Source of the DNA: the human T2T-CHM13v2.0 reference genome, Homo sapiens | Length of the DNA stretch: 64,000 bases | Assembly: GCF_009914755.1 (NCBI RefSeq) | Contig: NC_060928.1 | Strand: one strand, 5' to 3' | Shown here: in pieces, positions 29,687-43,225 of the stretch | How positions within the stretch are numbered: position 1 is the first letter of the stretch | How the letters are laid out: every line of letters begins with the position of its first letter | Notes under the pieces: generated by a model | The model's input: only the letters and a program-made list of their open reading frames with translations | Databases searched by the model: none | What the model was told of the DNA's origin: nothing | Translations under genes and position numbers: made by a program

Positions 29687-29930
29687 TGAAAGTACTATAT
29701 CTTTTAAACTTGAGGGACGTTGTTGATTTTTGAGACAAATAGTAAATATACACTAAATCGTTTATTAAGTCTTATTAAGTCCCTCAGGCTTCTAATAGTT
29801 TTGAGATTACTTTTGATTATTGTATTCTAATATGGAATTTAAAGGATGGTTATATACTTTGTAAAGATGAGACGGTTTGAATGTGATTTCAACATTGAGG
29901 ATTAAATGTTTTGTTTTTCTTTAACTGCAG

Positions 29931-30076
29931 GTTATCTTGTCTATGAATTTGACAAGTTTTGGTTTGAAGAAGAACCAGAAAGCATTATGTATTTCAATTT
30001 GTATAGAGAGAAGTTTCATGAAAAGATTAAAGGACTTTTACTGGATTGTAATGTAGCACTTACTTTAAAAGTATAA
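29931..30076 (+). CDS. ELMOD2: ELMOD2 last coding exon (total CDS 882 nt, 293 aa)
   Basis: ctgcag|; (C)YLVYEFDKFWFEEEPESIMYFNLYREKFHEKIKGLLLDCNVALTLKV*; TAA at 30074-30076. Confidence 0.96.
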
Positions 30077-33000
30077 ATCATCCACTGTATCTTCTATTTC
30101 TACCACATTTTGCACATTCAACAGAATTTATATGTTGTAATAGGAATTATCTGATCAATTACACTCTTATATATAATTTCCTACAAAAATATTTCAGAAA
30201 TTCTATTTAAGAAAGCTAGTGGACAATCAGTGTATGTTTACAATTGTTTATACACTGTTCTCCAAAGGTACCTTATCCTTCCAAAGATCCCCTCTGTAGA
30301 GTCATGCGAACTACAGTTTGGAACTTGGGACTTAGCCCGTTGGTGTAAAAGTATAAATCAGGTATTTGTATTAAATTGATTAAAATGTGTAAAATCAATT
30401 TTCGTTTTTATGTGTTATAGGGTCAAGTTGGTATCTTTTTCAAAGCTCTTTAAGATTTTTTTGGTTTTTAGTTTGGAAATGGCTGTTTTTAATTTTCTTT
30501 GTCTGATTTTTATTTCTAGGTTAATTAACAGCAAGTGTTTCTTTATGGTTTTCTTTGTTTGCATCTTAATTACATGTCATAACGTTGCTTCATTAGTAGC
30601 AAATAGAGCAGAGATACAGCAGAGAGAATAAAGAATTAGGGCCTCCTTTTGGGTTTCTGTGATTATTGAGCATAACTGATGAGAGAATGACAGTATTGGT
30701 GACTAGCTTTTTTGTTTTTAAATAACACACTTTAAAATGCCACAGTGTTATTTGAAAGCTTAAAGGCATTTTCTCATCTTCAGTATTTGCTTTTTATCAG
30801 TTGTAGAAAAGAACCTTAGTGTTTTCTTCTCTACCTATGTATGCTTATGAAACCGCTCTACCTACATATGAAACTTCTCTACCTATGTATGTTTACGAAA
30901 AGAGATGTATTTGCCAAGAAAATCTTGATTATATAAAAGACAAAAAGATTATAAAAGACAGTTTCTGTTTAAGTAAAACTGTCTTTGAAACTTAAGAAAG
31001 CTTAAGTTTTAAAAAAATCTCAGTTAAACATCATTGGTTTATTTGACTTACTGTTAACTCTTGCTTCTCTTTGACTCCATGGTGTTTTTAGATAACCATG
31101 TATGAACTTTATGTTAATGGTTTGTGGGATACTAAAATAGCTTGAAGATGACTTGATGACTGTGCATTTTATATAGTTTTATTCTCCTAAAATCTCAGGA
31201 GGGCAGCAAGTGCTGTCAACGATTATATAGTGATGAGATTTTTATGGGAATGATTTCTTCTTGGTGCGTTTTACACATTTGTACTGATAGCAAAACTAAA
31301 GTTTAAAGCAGCAAAGTTTAAGTTCTCCTTAAATCCTACAGAAACCAACCTTTTAAGGACATAATTTCATCTAAAACATGACGATATTTAGCACACCTTT
31401 TAATGTGGGTATATATCAAGTGTTTAAGGACTGGCTAGTATGTGATAGAGCAAGACCTGAGACTTTATAAGTATTTGCTCGTGTCTGTTGACAGACCTCT
31501 TTCTTTCAAACTTGTTAGAAGAGTGGTAAGACATATCCAATTGGAAAATAAGATGCAGTGTTGTATAGCACATACATTTAAAGTGCTTGCGTTAAAATTA
31601 GTTTCTCAATAAGATAAAATTATTTTAAAAATTTGGTTCACTTTATTACAATAGTGGCAATTTAGCTTTTCAGTATTACAGGAATTTAAAAATTGGTTTC
31701 TTGTAGGGGACATCTCAACTTTGGGAATATCTTCACTTAATTTTTAAAAAATATTTTCATGCTTTATTGTCCAGCTATACAATATATCGCAAAATCCTGA
31801 CAAGTTCATTGTATTAAGGTATTAACTATTACATGGAAAGCAATTCTGTTCATCTTTTGATGTTTGTGTTGAAAATGCTTATCTTTGTGTTTTGATCTTC
31901 CAACAGCTGAGAGCTTGAACTGATTTAAACATTTGTCAATATACTTAAGAATGCTTTAAGTAAAGAAGGGGAAAATTTTAAGTAAGTTTTTTCCCTTCTA
32001 GGAAGAAAAACTATGATGATGTTAAGAAAATGTCATTATAGAGCTTGCTCAATAATATGTTCTTTAAATCCACCTCCATTTGTACATTATAGGTATCATT
32101 CTGTTTTTGCTTAAAATAATCTGCAACCATTTCAGATAGTTTTACAGCAAATTGATCTAAAAGCCACTAATAAATTCTAGGGTTTGAGTCTAGAAGCCAA
32201 GCAAACTGTCACCAATGTCAGTTGTAAATTAGAATGCAACATGAGGCTTCAGACTCATGACAATGATATACATGAAAACAAAAATATAATTGTGTCTACC
32301 TTCCTACTTTCCCTTTTGACATATGTAGTTGGAATTTTACATAGTCTTAAAATCCATATTTAGAATCTTACCTGTTTCTATAATAATTAGTAAAATGCCA
32401 AAGTAGTGATAGAATATTGTGGCATTGAAGTAGCCGAAAAATTGTTAGTTTTAGCATCAAAAAAGTAAATAGATGTTGAAATGAATTTTTGTATGTGCCA
32501 GGTTGAAGAGAGTGTGCCAGTGACAGGAAGTAGTCTAAAAAATTAACAGTTATGGTTTTAATAGGATCTGAAAGACAATCTTTAAAGAAATGGGAGAAAT
32601 TGGGGGTATCAGTGAACCTATACCAACCTCTCTTTGTACATAAATATGGTGATGTAGCTAGATATAAAAATCAGTGTCTTACTGGCACCATTTACAGTTT
32701 AGAAAACAATCTTTTTCTTAAAAATGCCCATCTGATTTCTATTTTTAGGAGCTACTTGGATTTGTATGTATTTTTTCTACGTGAAAATATATGTACTCTT
32801 CACTTTTGTTCCAGTACTATAATTGCTCATGCACTCTTTCTCCCCTTTGAGAACATTCAGTGAAATACAACTTCATCAAAGATTTGCTCAAAGGAGAAGA
32901 ATCGCATGAGTGTGAAAAGTAGATGCTCGTAGCCAGAACAGAAAAGGTTACACATGATCATGGCACAGAAGATAGGAGGTTTGACTTGGTGGGCCATAAT

Positions 33001-33480
33001 GTTTATTATCCTTTTTGAAATAACAGGGACCAGCAGCAGTTTTCTCAGGATAAATGCTCTACCCCACTTCTCTATGAACAGGTGTGGGGAGGCTTACTTT
33101 CCATTTTCATATTTATACACCTCTCTACAAAAGCAATTTTTAATGAAGGTTAGTGGAATTGTTAAAAATCTGAGAGGAATGATGACTGGAGGTGTTTGGG
33201 GTTTTTTTCTGTATTCATTTTTTAATGAGAAAAGTTTTAAATGTAGTACAGGTTAGACCCAACTACTACCTTACTATTATAGGACGATTCTATGTTTCTG
33301 TTAAAGTATTCAAGTAGCTTTCTCTGGGGGAAAAAGTACCACTTGGACACTTAAAGGAATTGGGATTTTTGTCTACTTTGGATAAGGCAGTTGACTTCTT
33401 AAGTAAAAGCAATAGTGTAAAATGTCATTTTGTTTGGAATGTTAAGTGAGCAAATAAAAAACATGTTGAAATTGTTGTAA
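30077..33480 (+). other. ELMOD2: ELMOD2 long AU-rich 3'UTR (~3.4 kb)
   Basis: AT-rich sequence with no recognisable interspersed repeat, ending at AATAAA 33453-33458. Confidence 0.7.
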
Positions 33481-33510
33481 GCCTTCCTGTTGATACTTCT
33501 TTTTTTCCAT
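33453..33510 (+). terminator. ELMOD2: ELMOD2 distal polyadenylation signal with downstream U/GU-rich element
   Basis: AATAAA at 33453-33458 followed by 'ttcctgttgatacttctttttttcc'. Confidence 0.7.
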
Positions 33511-33860
33511 ATTCCCTCATTTAGTCATTCATGCTCATTAAACATTTTTCTTATTTTTCTTATCGTGTTGCTGTAGGTAAATCAGAATATACAGAAAAAA
33601 GTTTTGATTTTCTTGACTTGTTAACTGCTGATTACCTATTTACAGTGTTGAATGAGAAACAAGTGGTTATGAGACTGAAAATTTCCTTTATTTAAAAAGA
33701 TGCCACCACCTCCACCTGCCCCTTCTTACAAAGAGTAGGAATAATTCATGCTAAACTGCGCTGTTTTATTCTTAACTTTACATAAAAGTTCTATTATCCA
33801 TCATAAAGTGGATCTATTTACATGTTAATACATCATTTTTTTACAGCTGCATAGCATTTC

Positions 33861-33891
<31 letters not shown>

Positions 33892-33989
33892 ATATCTTAC
33901 TTTGAAATAAAAATAGGTGGATCTGGTTGGATAAGGCTACGTTAATATGTTAGTACTAACTTTATTAAAGTTAGTGCTAATTATAGGTT

Positions 33990-34920
33990 TAAATATACGT
34001 ATATATTCGAAAATAGGCTGGAAATTAAAGACAAAACATCCATCTTAAGGAGTTTGATGAAGAACACAATAAACGTAAAGAAAATAGACAAAGAAATATT
34101 AAAGAATTAAAGATAAGTGCTTAAAATGCATAGAATAGAAAACAAGCATATGAGATCAACAGAAATAAGCTTTTGCTTGGAAAGACTAGTATTGATAAAC
34201 TTGATACTAGTTAAGAATAAAAGAGAAAGCAATAATGTCAATGAAATATGGGACATCACTACAAATTCTACAGATGGTGAAAATTAATTTTTTCAAAAAT
34301 TTGAAAATTTTAATGAAATACAAAAATTTCTAGAAAAATACAGCTTACCAAAACTGTACAAGGAAGGGGGAAAGTCCTAGCCCTATTAAGCTGAATTAGC
34401 AATTCAAACCCTTTCCACTAAAAACTGCAGTTCTATATGGCTTGCATCAGTGAGCTGAATGACACACTAAGGAGTAAAATCGCTTTTCACAAACTCTTGC
34501 AAATGATAGAGTGTAGACTGCAATTCATGAGACTATCATAACCTTGATGACTAAAACTCAACAAGAACAGTGTGAAAAAAAATTGTATGCCAATGTCACT
34601 TTAGATGCAATAATTATAAACAAAATGTTAGCATACTGAATCTGGAAGCTTACTAAATATATTAATGACCTGCATATATAGATATATTGCTTTAATATGT
34701 GATCAATTATGGCTCAGTTCAGTTGATCACCAGAATAAAACTAAGTAATTTTTCATATTAACATTTGAAAATCATGATGGTCTTAGATGCAGAAAAAACA
34801 TTTGATAAAAATTCACCACTTATGTTTAAAAAATAGTAAATGAGAAATAGTGATTAATTTTATAAAGTATATCCTTATAAACTACAACAAATACACTTAA
34901 CAGTAAAACATTGGAATCAA
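33990..34920 (+). mobile_element. Ancient L1 ORF2 remnant
   Basis: 'gggacatcactacaaattctacaga', 'tagatgcagaaaaaacatttgataaaattc' L1 ORF2 motifs. Confidence 0.65.
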
Positions 34921-35112
34921 ATTTAGAAAGACTGGAGACCTATGGAGCAGTTTGATGCAGATCATTTCCCTCTAGGGACAGACCATTAATGAGAAAAATA
35001 AATGCTTTGACTCTATAGATTGCATTAAATCTGTAAGATAAATGTGAAAACAGTTTTTTCCAATCTGAGAGTATGTTATATACCTATATAGTTTTAAAAA
35101 ATATTTCAATAG

Positions 35113-35546
<434 letters not shown>

Positions 35547-35727
35547 TAGGTATATAGACTTTTTAATATTGGTTTTATTAGCCACGTTGCCAAACTCATA
35601 TATGCCAATTCTTTTGGATTTTCCGTGTCTACATTCATATCACTCGTGAGCAGTAACTTTTATTTCTTTCCATCCATTTATTTGTCTTACTGCACTAGCT
35701 AGGACTTCTAGTACCATGTTGAATAGA

Positions 35728-36090
35728 TGTGCTGTGCCAGTTTGGATTTATTCAGCAAATATTCAGTCCTCTCCGTTTCCCAATAACGAGTGCATTTCCT
35801 TGCTCCTTGATGTTAGGCTTGACCATGTGACTTGCCAAGATCAATGGAATGTTAGTGGACATAAGCAAAGGCTTGAAATAGGTTTGAGCAATTGGGCTTA
35901 TTCTTGCGCCTCTGCCATCACCATGAAAAAGAGCATGCCTCAGTTTGTCCATGGGTACCAGATGAATCAGAGCCACATGGAGTTGATCAGAACTGGTCAA
36001 AAACCCATGGCCTGAATTTAAAGGCCAACTGAATTCAGCTAAGATTAGCACAGCTGCCTAACTAGCCTACTGTTGTGTGAATTCTAAATT
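35728..36090 (+). mobile_element. MaLR LTR fragment (MLT1I/J-like)
   Basis: 'cttgaccatgtgacttgcc...ctctgccatcaccatgaaaaagagcatgcc'. Confidence 0.6.
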
Positions 36091-36948
36091 TGTAATATTG
36101 GTCAAAAGATGCACACATAAAACATACTGGATGATTCCATTTATATGAAGTTTAAAAATAGACAAGCCATATAATTTAGGGATGTATACTTAAATAGTGA
36201 ATCCATATAAAAACACGCGGAAAACCATTTACCATGAAAGCGAAGTTAAGATGGTCTCAAGTTGTGATCCCGTGGGTGGAGGTGGTTCTGCAGTGCTTGC
36301 AATTTTCTGTTTCTTGAGCTCCACTTTGGTTACCTGTTAGTTCACTTTGTAATAATACATTAAAATATTCATTTGCTTTATGCACTTTCATGTATGTGGG
36401 TTATATTCCACAATGAAAATTTTCCAATTTTAACAAATGAAGACAAAAAGAAGCAAGAATGATTTGTAGACTTTATATCTTACCTTGTTTCAAGTAACGG
36501 CTTGCCTTGTTAAACAAGGAACAGATTGTGGTTATTGCCACTTACTTTGCATGAAAAAGAAAAACTTTGTGGTGATTCTTAGGCCTGTAGGGGCTTTCCC
36601 CCGACAGTTGTGTCCCTATCAGATGAGCTCACTTAGGCTGTTATCAAAGCACTTGGTAAATCCCCAGGTACCATCTGATACCAGATTGATTCCCTTATAT
36701 TTCCTTCTGTATGGGGGCAGAGCCTATGCTTGCTTTATGTACCACTGTGTAGTATGCACAGTGTCTAGAGCATAGCAGATCCTCAAATATCTTCTGATGA
36801 CTGACATTTCTCTGTACCAGGAATTGGCCAACTTGCTTCCCTCCATTTGCAACTGCCCGTTGCCTGACCAGGGTCCCATGCAAAGAAATAAAGTTATATG
36901 TTTTCTTCCTTATTCTTGAAAGAAACATGCTATTTGAAGGTTGTGATT

Positions 36949-38508
36949 TGTCCTAGTTTGAATTCTCTGTGAATCAGACCGTGAGGAAAGGATTTGCAAT
37001 TCATTTGGGAGGTGATCCCAGGAAACACTGGTAAAGGAGTAGGGAACTGAGACAGGGAATAGAAGTCAGCCCACAAACGTTGTAAACTAAAAATAAAATC
37101 CTAAAGCTTCCCACTGACTAAAGGACCTCCTCTTGGTCAAGGGGACCCCAGAGAAACCCTCAAAACTGAATTCCTGGCCATGATAGAATGGAAGGTCAGA
37201 CATGCTTTGTTATACTCCCTCCGTTGGATGGCTTAGACGCAACTGACCAGCATGAATGTTAAAATAGAGATCACAGACTGATGGAACAGACACTTTGTGG
37301 CAATATTCTTTGTAGCAATGTAGTCTTCTCCATAGTGATATGACACATCTTTTGTTATATTTATTCCCAGGTACTATTTTAAAATGCTGTTACACATTTT
37401 TACAGCTTTATTTTCTAACTTCCTTTTGCTGGTATGTAGAAATCTAGGTATCTAGTCTTTTAAATATTGATTTTATTAGCCACTTTGCCAAACTCTTATT
37501 ATGTATGCCAATTCTTTTGGATTTTCTGTGTACACATTCATATCACTTGTGAGCTATAAGATGCCAAATTATAAACAGGATCTAAGGACATGCCAGGCAG
37601 GATTAAGTCACACACTCCTACACTTAAAGAATAAACTATGTTCTAACTGCCACAAGATTTTTCTTTTTCTCGAGCAGCTAAACAAACACTGGCCTTGAGT
37701 GTCTGAAGCAACTGCAGCTTCACCAAGTGTTGACTGACTCCAGCCCATTTTCCACCAGCCATAACTACAGTTTTAACTGGACAAGAGGATTTTAGTAGCT
37801 TTCTCATGATAAGAGACCAACCACTGTGAACTGGCTCTGGCCTGTTTACAGAAATGGTGCATTGTGTGCCTTCGTGTTACTGCTTCACCTTTTCATGTAT
37901 AGGGCCTAACTGTAATACATTTAAATGTTAAGCCTCCACCCCAAGGTGTAACATGCATGCATCAGGACTGCCTTCATGAATATTCATGAATCCACCTGTA
38001 GCCTGTTGAATATGTATACTTGGCCAACCCATTCAATTTAAATTTCTGTCTTACTCTTCCTTCCCTAGAAGTGCCTGCCTCCGGTCTTTGCTGGAGGTTA
38101 CGCTTTCTAGCCTGCAGAATGACCACCTTGTAGGCTGTAACCCTTTGTAAGAAATAAAGTATCCTTTCCAAATGCATGAAGACCCTGTGATTTTTTAGTT
38201 AACCATAGTAAGCAAAACACTACTGTGTGTTACTAGAGTTTGATCCCTCAGCGGTATTCCACCTGACAGTTGAGGGAACTGAGATATTTGTACACCAACT
38301 ACTACCAGTTATTGGTGGTTAAGGGCTGCACTGGGGCTGTGTTATTTTCCCTGCTGCTCTTCTAGAATGCCATGCACAGGTGAGTAAAGCTGGCTCTGGT
38401 GGCCAGAGACCCTAAAAAGGGCAGATGCTGACATGACAATAGGAAGTCAGGCCAGCAAGCACTAAAGAGCAAAATGGTATGTATGGGACACAGAAGACAT
38501 CTGCTACA
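36949..38508 (-). mobile_element. ERVL LTR (LTR16/LTR33-like), split by a MER4 LTR
   Basis: 'tttgggaggtgatcccaggaaacactggtaaaggagtaggg...gagacaggga' and terminal 'catctgctaca'. Confidence 0.65.
37081..38204 (+). mobile_element. ERV1 solo LTR of the MER4 group carrying a foreign internal insertion (37306-37555)
   Basis: Starts 'tgtaaactaaaaataaaatcctaa'; 'cacttaaagaataaactatgttctaactgccacaag'; poly(A) signal 'aagaaataaag'; ends 'ttagttaac'. Confidence 0.8.
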
Positions 38509-39139
38509 AGACACTTTTGCGGGTAATGAATGGGGAAGACATGCATGAGGGTGAGGTGAGAATCCCTGATAGTAAATGTAACATGGAGTTGATTAAAACA
38601 GAACTAGAATGATGTCTGGCAGCCTGTAACCTTCCTGCTCATCCAAGCTGCCAATCCTTGGATTTAGCTTAAAATCAGGCTGGGCTTTGTCTTAAAAACT
38701 TCTTTTAATATCTGTTTTACTGTTTCCCTATCTCTTCTGCATGCAGTTTGTAGGCATTGAAAAGGTTACTACAGGTGCTAATGATGAATTTGAATTTGGC
38801 TTTGCTGAAAGATTCCATGAAGATTCGTTTTCATCTCAGTAGGAATCTCAAACTGTTCCTCTGTCTTCCCAGAAGTACCCTCCAGCTCTAAAATTATGTG
38901 ATGCTAGCACAGATACCAAGACTCTAGTAGCAATCCTGCCAAAATGAATATAGTGTCTTAGATTAGAAGTTGTTAGAGATGTCATCAAATCTGGACTCTA
39001 AACATTAAAAATCTATACTAATAACATTCAGAGTAGGTTCATGCCTATGATTCTAAAGACCTGCATTTGCTATTGGGCAGTCTTGTATTCTAGTGAACTT
39101 GACTCTTACACCCAGGTATAGATCTCAAAAGACAAACTT

Positions 39140-39602
39140 TAAAAGGTATTAGCAATACTTTATTGAATATATTAACTGACAACTGTGGTTAATAAAAACT
39201 AATATTTTTAATAACTTCATTTTTAAGTATTTATAAATATAAACTGCATTTCACTCAGTTTCTTTTCCACCAGTTGGAATTGTAATTAAAACATGTTAAA
39301 GTTCTTCACATTCATTCACACAATTGCACTCCAGAAATGGTCAAATGCAGTAGCTTATCTGCATTACATTTGCCAGGGTATATGCTGAATGTTTTGCTTT
39401 CCCCTTCTTAAGACACTGAGAAAAAAAAAAAGTTATATGAAATAGGCATTAATTTTCCTCTTTTTTATATAAAAAAGTCCAAAATTCTCTGCCAAAATTC
39501 CTTTATCTTTTTAGGTTAAAATAAGTGAATAAGTTTTGTTTGTTTTTATGATCCAGTCAGCAAGATTCCCACTGGTATGTTACATCATTTTCTTGAAGCT
39601 GA
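39140..39602 (-). other. UCP1: UCP1 3'UTR with AATAAA at 39164-39159
   Basis: 'tttatt' on + strand at 39159-39164, ~440 nt past the stop codon. Confidence 0.7.
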
Positions 39603-39717
39603 TTATGTGGCACAGTCCATAGTCTGCCTTGACTTTGACAGTTCTCGTTTCAGTTGTTCAAAGCACACAAACATAATGACGTTCCAGGATCCAAGTCGCA
39701 AGAAGGAAGGTACCAAC
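39603..39717 (-). CDS. UCP1: UCP1 exon 6 (last; total CDS 924 nt, 307 aa)
   Basis: ttctag|; (G)[37 protein letters not shown]; 115 nt. Confidence 0.97.
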
Positions 39718-39755
39718 CTAGAAAAGTGCATGTCATCGTTCGATTAATTTGTTTG

Positions 39756-39924
39756 ATTTTTTTTTTTTTTAATTTTTGAGATGAGGCTTCACCCTGCCGC
39801 CCAGGCTGGAATGCAGTAGTGTAATCATAGCTCACTGCAACCTCGAGCTCCTGGGCTTAAGTGATCCTCCCACCTGAGCCTCCTGGAGTAACTGGGACTA
39901 GAGACTGCACCACCACACTCAGCC
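39756..39924 (-). mobile_element. Alu monomer (FRAM/AluJ right arm)
   Basis: Single Alu arm with A tail. Confidence 0.85.
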
Positions 39925-40454
39925 TGAAATTCTTAAAGTGATTATAGCAGGTTATGCTTCTCATTTTGCCACTCCTCAAGTGAAGATGCTTAAAAGTACC
40001 TACTCTTCATCTTTCCCTCCTCTGCTGAAAATAAATTTTCCTCTAGATGTCCTATATTACTTCAAAACAACACAGCCCTGATGATCACATCTATACAAAT
40101 CCACAAATATCCTTCACTCCCAAAACATGTCTTTTCTTCACTGACATGAACTTTTTCAAAAACTCTTTCCTTTTTTGAGGGAAGGGGGAATTTTTGCTTG
40201 TTTTGCTTTGCTTTCTGAATGGGAGGTAGGAAACTATTAGAAGGGGGAAGGAAGAAGAGAAACCAAAGAAGTATTGAGTAGAGTCAAGAAATCAGTGCTG
40301 TCTCAATCTTGACGATTCTTGTCCTTAGAGAAATTGTTACTGTTTAAATGGCTTTTATTGTTTAACCTATAAAAAACACCCCTCTGCCCCAATTTTTTTC
40401 CTTCAAGTCTCTTAACATGTTTCTCTTCACTTCCCAATGTGGGGTATTTTGCTG

Positions 40455-40755
40455 CAAAAAAAAAAAATCATAAAATTACATTTCAGTAGCATTAAGTACA
40501 CACACATTGTGTGTAACCATCACCACTATCCATCTCTAGAACCTTTTTGTCACCCCAAAAAGAAACTCTCTACCCATTAAACAGCTCTCCATTTTTTCCT
40601 ACCTCCAGCCCCTGGTAACTTCTATTCTTTCTGTCTCTATGAATTTGACTACTCTAGGTACCTCATTTAAGTGTAATCATACAGTATTTGTCCTTTTGTG
40701 TCTGGCTTATTTCACTTAGCATAACGTTTTCAAGGTTCATCCATGTTGTAGTATT
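40455..40755 (-). mobile_element. L1M 3'UTR fragment
   Basis: 'tgtaaccatcaccactatccatctctagaac...tctggcttatttcacttagcataa'. Confidence 0.75.
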
Positions 40756-41054
40756 TCTTCCCCAAAAGATTTTTAAATTTGAAAAAAATAAAATTATTAA
40801 ATGGTTAATGGTTTAATAACTGGTATATCCATTTTAAGTTAATTTTATAATGAACTTCATTTGTATTAATGTATCATAAGTACAGATTATGATGAGTTGG
40901 AACTTTTTATAAAATGTGTATGATGCATTCATGCTTAATTTATAAAGCTTGAGGAATGGCCTTACAATTTAAAAAGGTAATATAATTTTATTATTAAACC
41001 ACTAGTGTAATCCTTGTGGAATATATTGACAGATTACTTAATACTGTATTTTCT

Positions 41055-41346
41055 CCTCCTTCTCCTTCTTCTTTTTTGAGACAGGGACTTGCTCTGTCTC
41101 CCAGGCTGGAGTGCAGTGGCACAATCATAGCTCGCTGAAACCTTGAACTCCTGGGCTCAGGAGATCCTCTTGCCTCAGCTTCCCAAGTAGAGGGGACCAT
41201 CAGTGCGTGCCACCACACTCAGCTAATTTTTAAATTTTTTGTTGAGACAGGGTCTCGCTTTGTTGCCCAGTCTGGGCTCAAGTGATCCTCCTGCCTCCAT
41301 CTCCCAAAGTGCTGGGATTACAGGTGCGAGCCACCACGCCGAGCCC
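41055..41346 (-). mobile_element. AluJ-type element
   Basis: Alu consensus; TSD atact[g/a]tattttct at 41041 and 41347. Confidence 0.92.
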
Positions 41347-41899
41347 ATACTATATTTTCTTAGGAAGGTAGTTTCTGATACAACATTGCATTATGGAAAT
41401 ATGTAATCTATTACACAACACTTGTTTCTAGGTGAGTGTAATAATTACCCAAATCAAATACTTTTCTGCATCACTTTTCTAGATTGGTGGTGATGTCTTA
41501 TCTCTAGTTTTACAATGTTAAAACTTGAGTCCATCAAATTAAATCAAATCAAATCTTGTTCTCTCATAGCTCTCTATTATGATTTCCCTCTACTTTATAA
41601 CTTTCTTGCCCAGAGAAGGCAAAATACTGTCTGCATTTCCAGTAGATTGGGACCAGTGGAAAAGGCACTGGTCTTGAATGAGCCTTTGATCAAAGTTGAG
41701 AAAATTTGAATATCATGGCTTTTTACTTTCTGGCACAGTGGAATTGGTGGATTGGAGAAATCTGTGGCAAGGAAAAGTCAATACTAAGTATATGAATATA
41801 CTAAGGCTTGTAAGCTAAATGTCGGTTGCTTGACATGAGAGTGTCCCAAAGCACACAGACAGCCAGAACACATTACAGATACACAAGATCATATCTTAC

Positions 41900-42080
41900 C
41901 CCTTGAAGAAAGCCGTTGGTCCTTCGTTAGTGAACACTTTCATTGCACAGTTGGGCACACTTTTGTACTGTCCTGGTGGAGAATTAATAAATCTGGTTTT
42001 TACTACATCCACCGGGGAGGACATAGCTGTTGCGCAAAATCCAGCGATAAGAGCCGACACCAAGTGGCAGGGGACGTCAT
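41900..42080 (-). CDS. UCP1: UCP1 exon 5
   Basis: (D)[59 protein letters not shown]; third SLC25 Px[DE]xx[KR] motif; 181 nt; AG/GT flanks. Confidence 0.97.
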
Positions 42081-42816
42081 CTAAAATGGATCGATGAAAC
42101 AGGTCAACATCAGACTTTTGGGGGCTTGCAATTTAGTTATCTGTCATATCTTTATAAACCTATTGATAACAGTAGGTCAATGAAGATGTCTTATAAATAA
42201 ATAAAATAAAATAAGAAAGGTATTGCACTAGAAAAAGAAGGTAAAGAGTAAATGGCTTAATAGATTGTTAACACTTTAGGAAAGTAAACTGTTAGTTTCC
42301 TCTGTGCCTTTAAGGCCTGTAATAATGCCTAATATATGAGCATCTAATACTTTTTTATTGAAATAAGGGAAATTTCAATGTCTCTAGAAGTTGTTAGAAT
42401 ATTATTTTTAAGAACCTATCTTATGGTATTACTTTTTGGATGAGACCACTGATAAGCTCCTTTTATAACTAGATCTTTTGGATATAGTATGCAGGATGGA
42501 CTTACCTCCTGAATTCTGCTGTATAAAGAATAAGATTCTAACAAAAGTCCCATATATTAGTATTAAATGAGAATAATGCTGACATGAAATTGCCTGTTAT
42601 TTTTGTTGCAAAATATTTTTGTTGTGGCAAAACTTCTTAAACTTAATATTTTGGTCTTTTCCTGCTTCTCACAAAGTTATATATGGTTCAAAATTACTTA
42701 ATTTTTAAAAAGAGAAAACTATTGGAGTTAAGAGATTGAGTATAAGGTGGCTGCAGAAGCTCCAAGATGAACTTCTAAAGGTGCAGACCTGTTTGTTATA
42801 TGAAATGGGAAGTTAC

Positions 42817-42918
42817 CTGCTAATATGTTGTTTTTCACAAAGGCCTCCTTCATTAGATCATATGTTACTAGCTCTGTACAATTGATGATGACACTTCTCA
42901 TCAGATTGGGAGTAGTCC
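42817..42918 (-). CDS. UCP1: UCP1 exon 4
   Basis: (G)[33 protein letters not shown]; 102 nt; AG/GT flanks. Confidence 0.97.
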
Positions 42919-43024
42919 CTGGGGAAAAAAAAAAAGAAAATGTTTATTAACTCTACTTTACAATAAGTTGCTAGTTGTATGTATGTGCTTTGGTGGTTAT
43001 AAAACCCATTTTGAAGTTAGTTAC

Positions 43025-43225
43025 CTTTCCAAAGACCCGTCAAGCCTTCGGTTGTTGCTATTATTCTGTACGCATTATAAGTCCCCGTGTAGCGAGGTTT
43101 GATTCCGTGGAGATGGCTCTGTGCTTGAAGTCTGACTTTCACGACCTCTGTGGGTTGCCCAATGAATACTGCCACTCCTCCAGTCGTTAGACCAGCTAAA
43201 ATCTTGCTTCCTAAACTAGGTGCTG
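43025..43225 (-). CDS. UCP1: UCP1 exon 3
   Basis: (T)[66 protein letters not shown]; second carrier motif; 201 nt. Confidence 0.97.

Noticed and set aside
30826-30900. CRISPR-like repeat-spacer-repeat pattern
   Set aside because: Eukaryotic 3'UTR; the 'spacer' is itself a degenerate repeat unit; no cas genes
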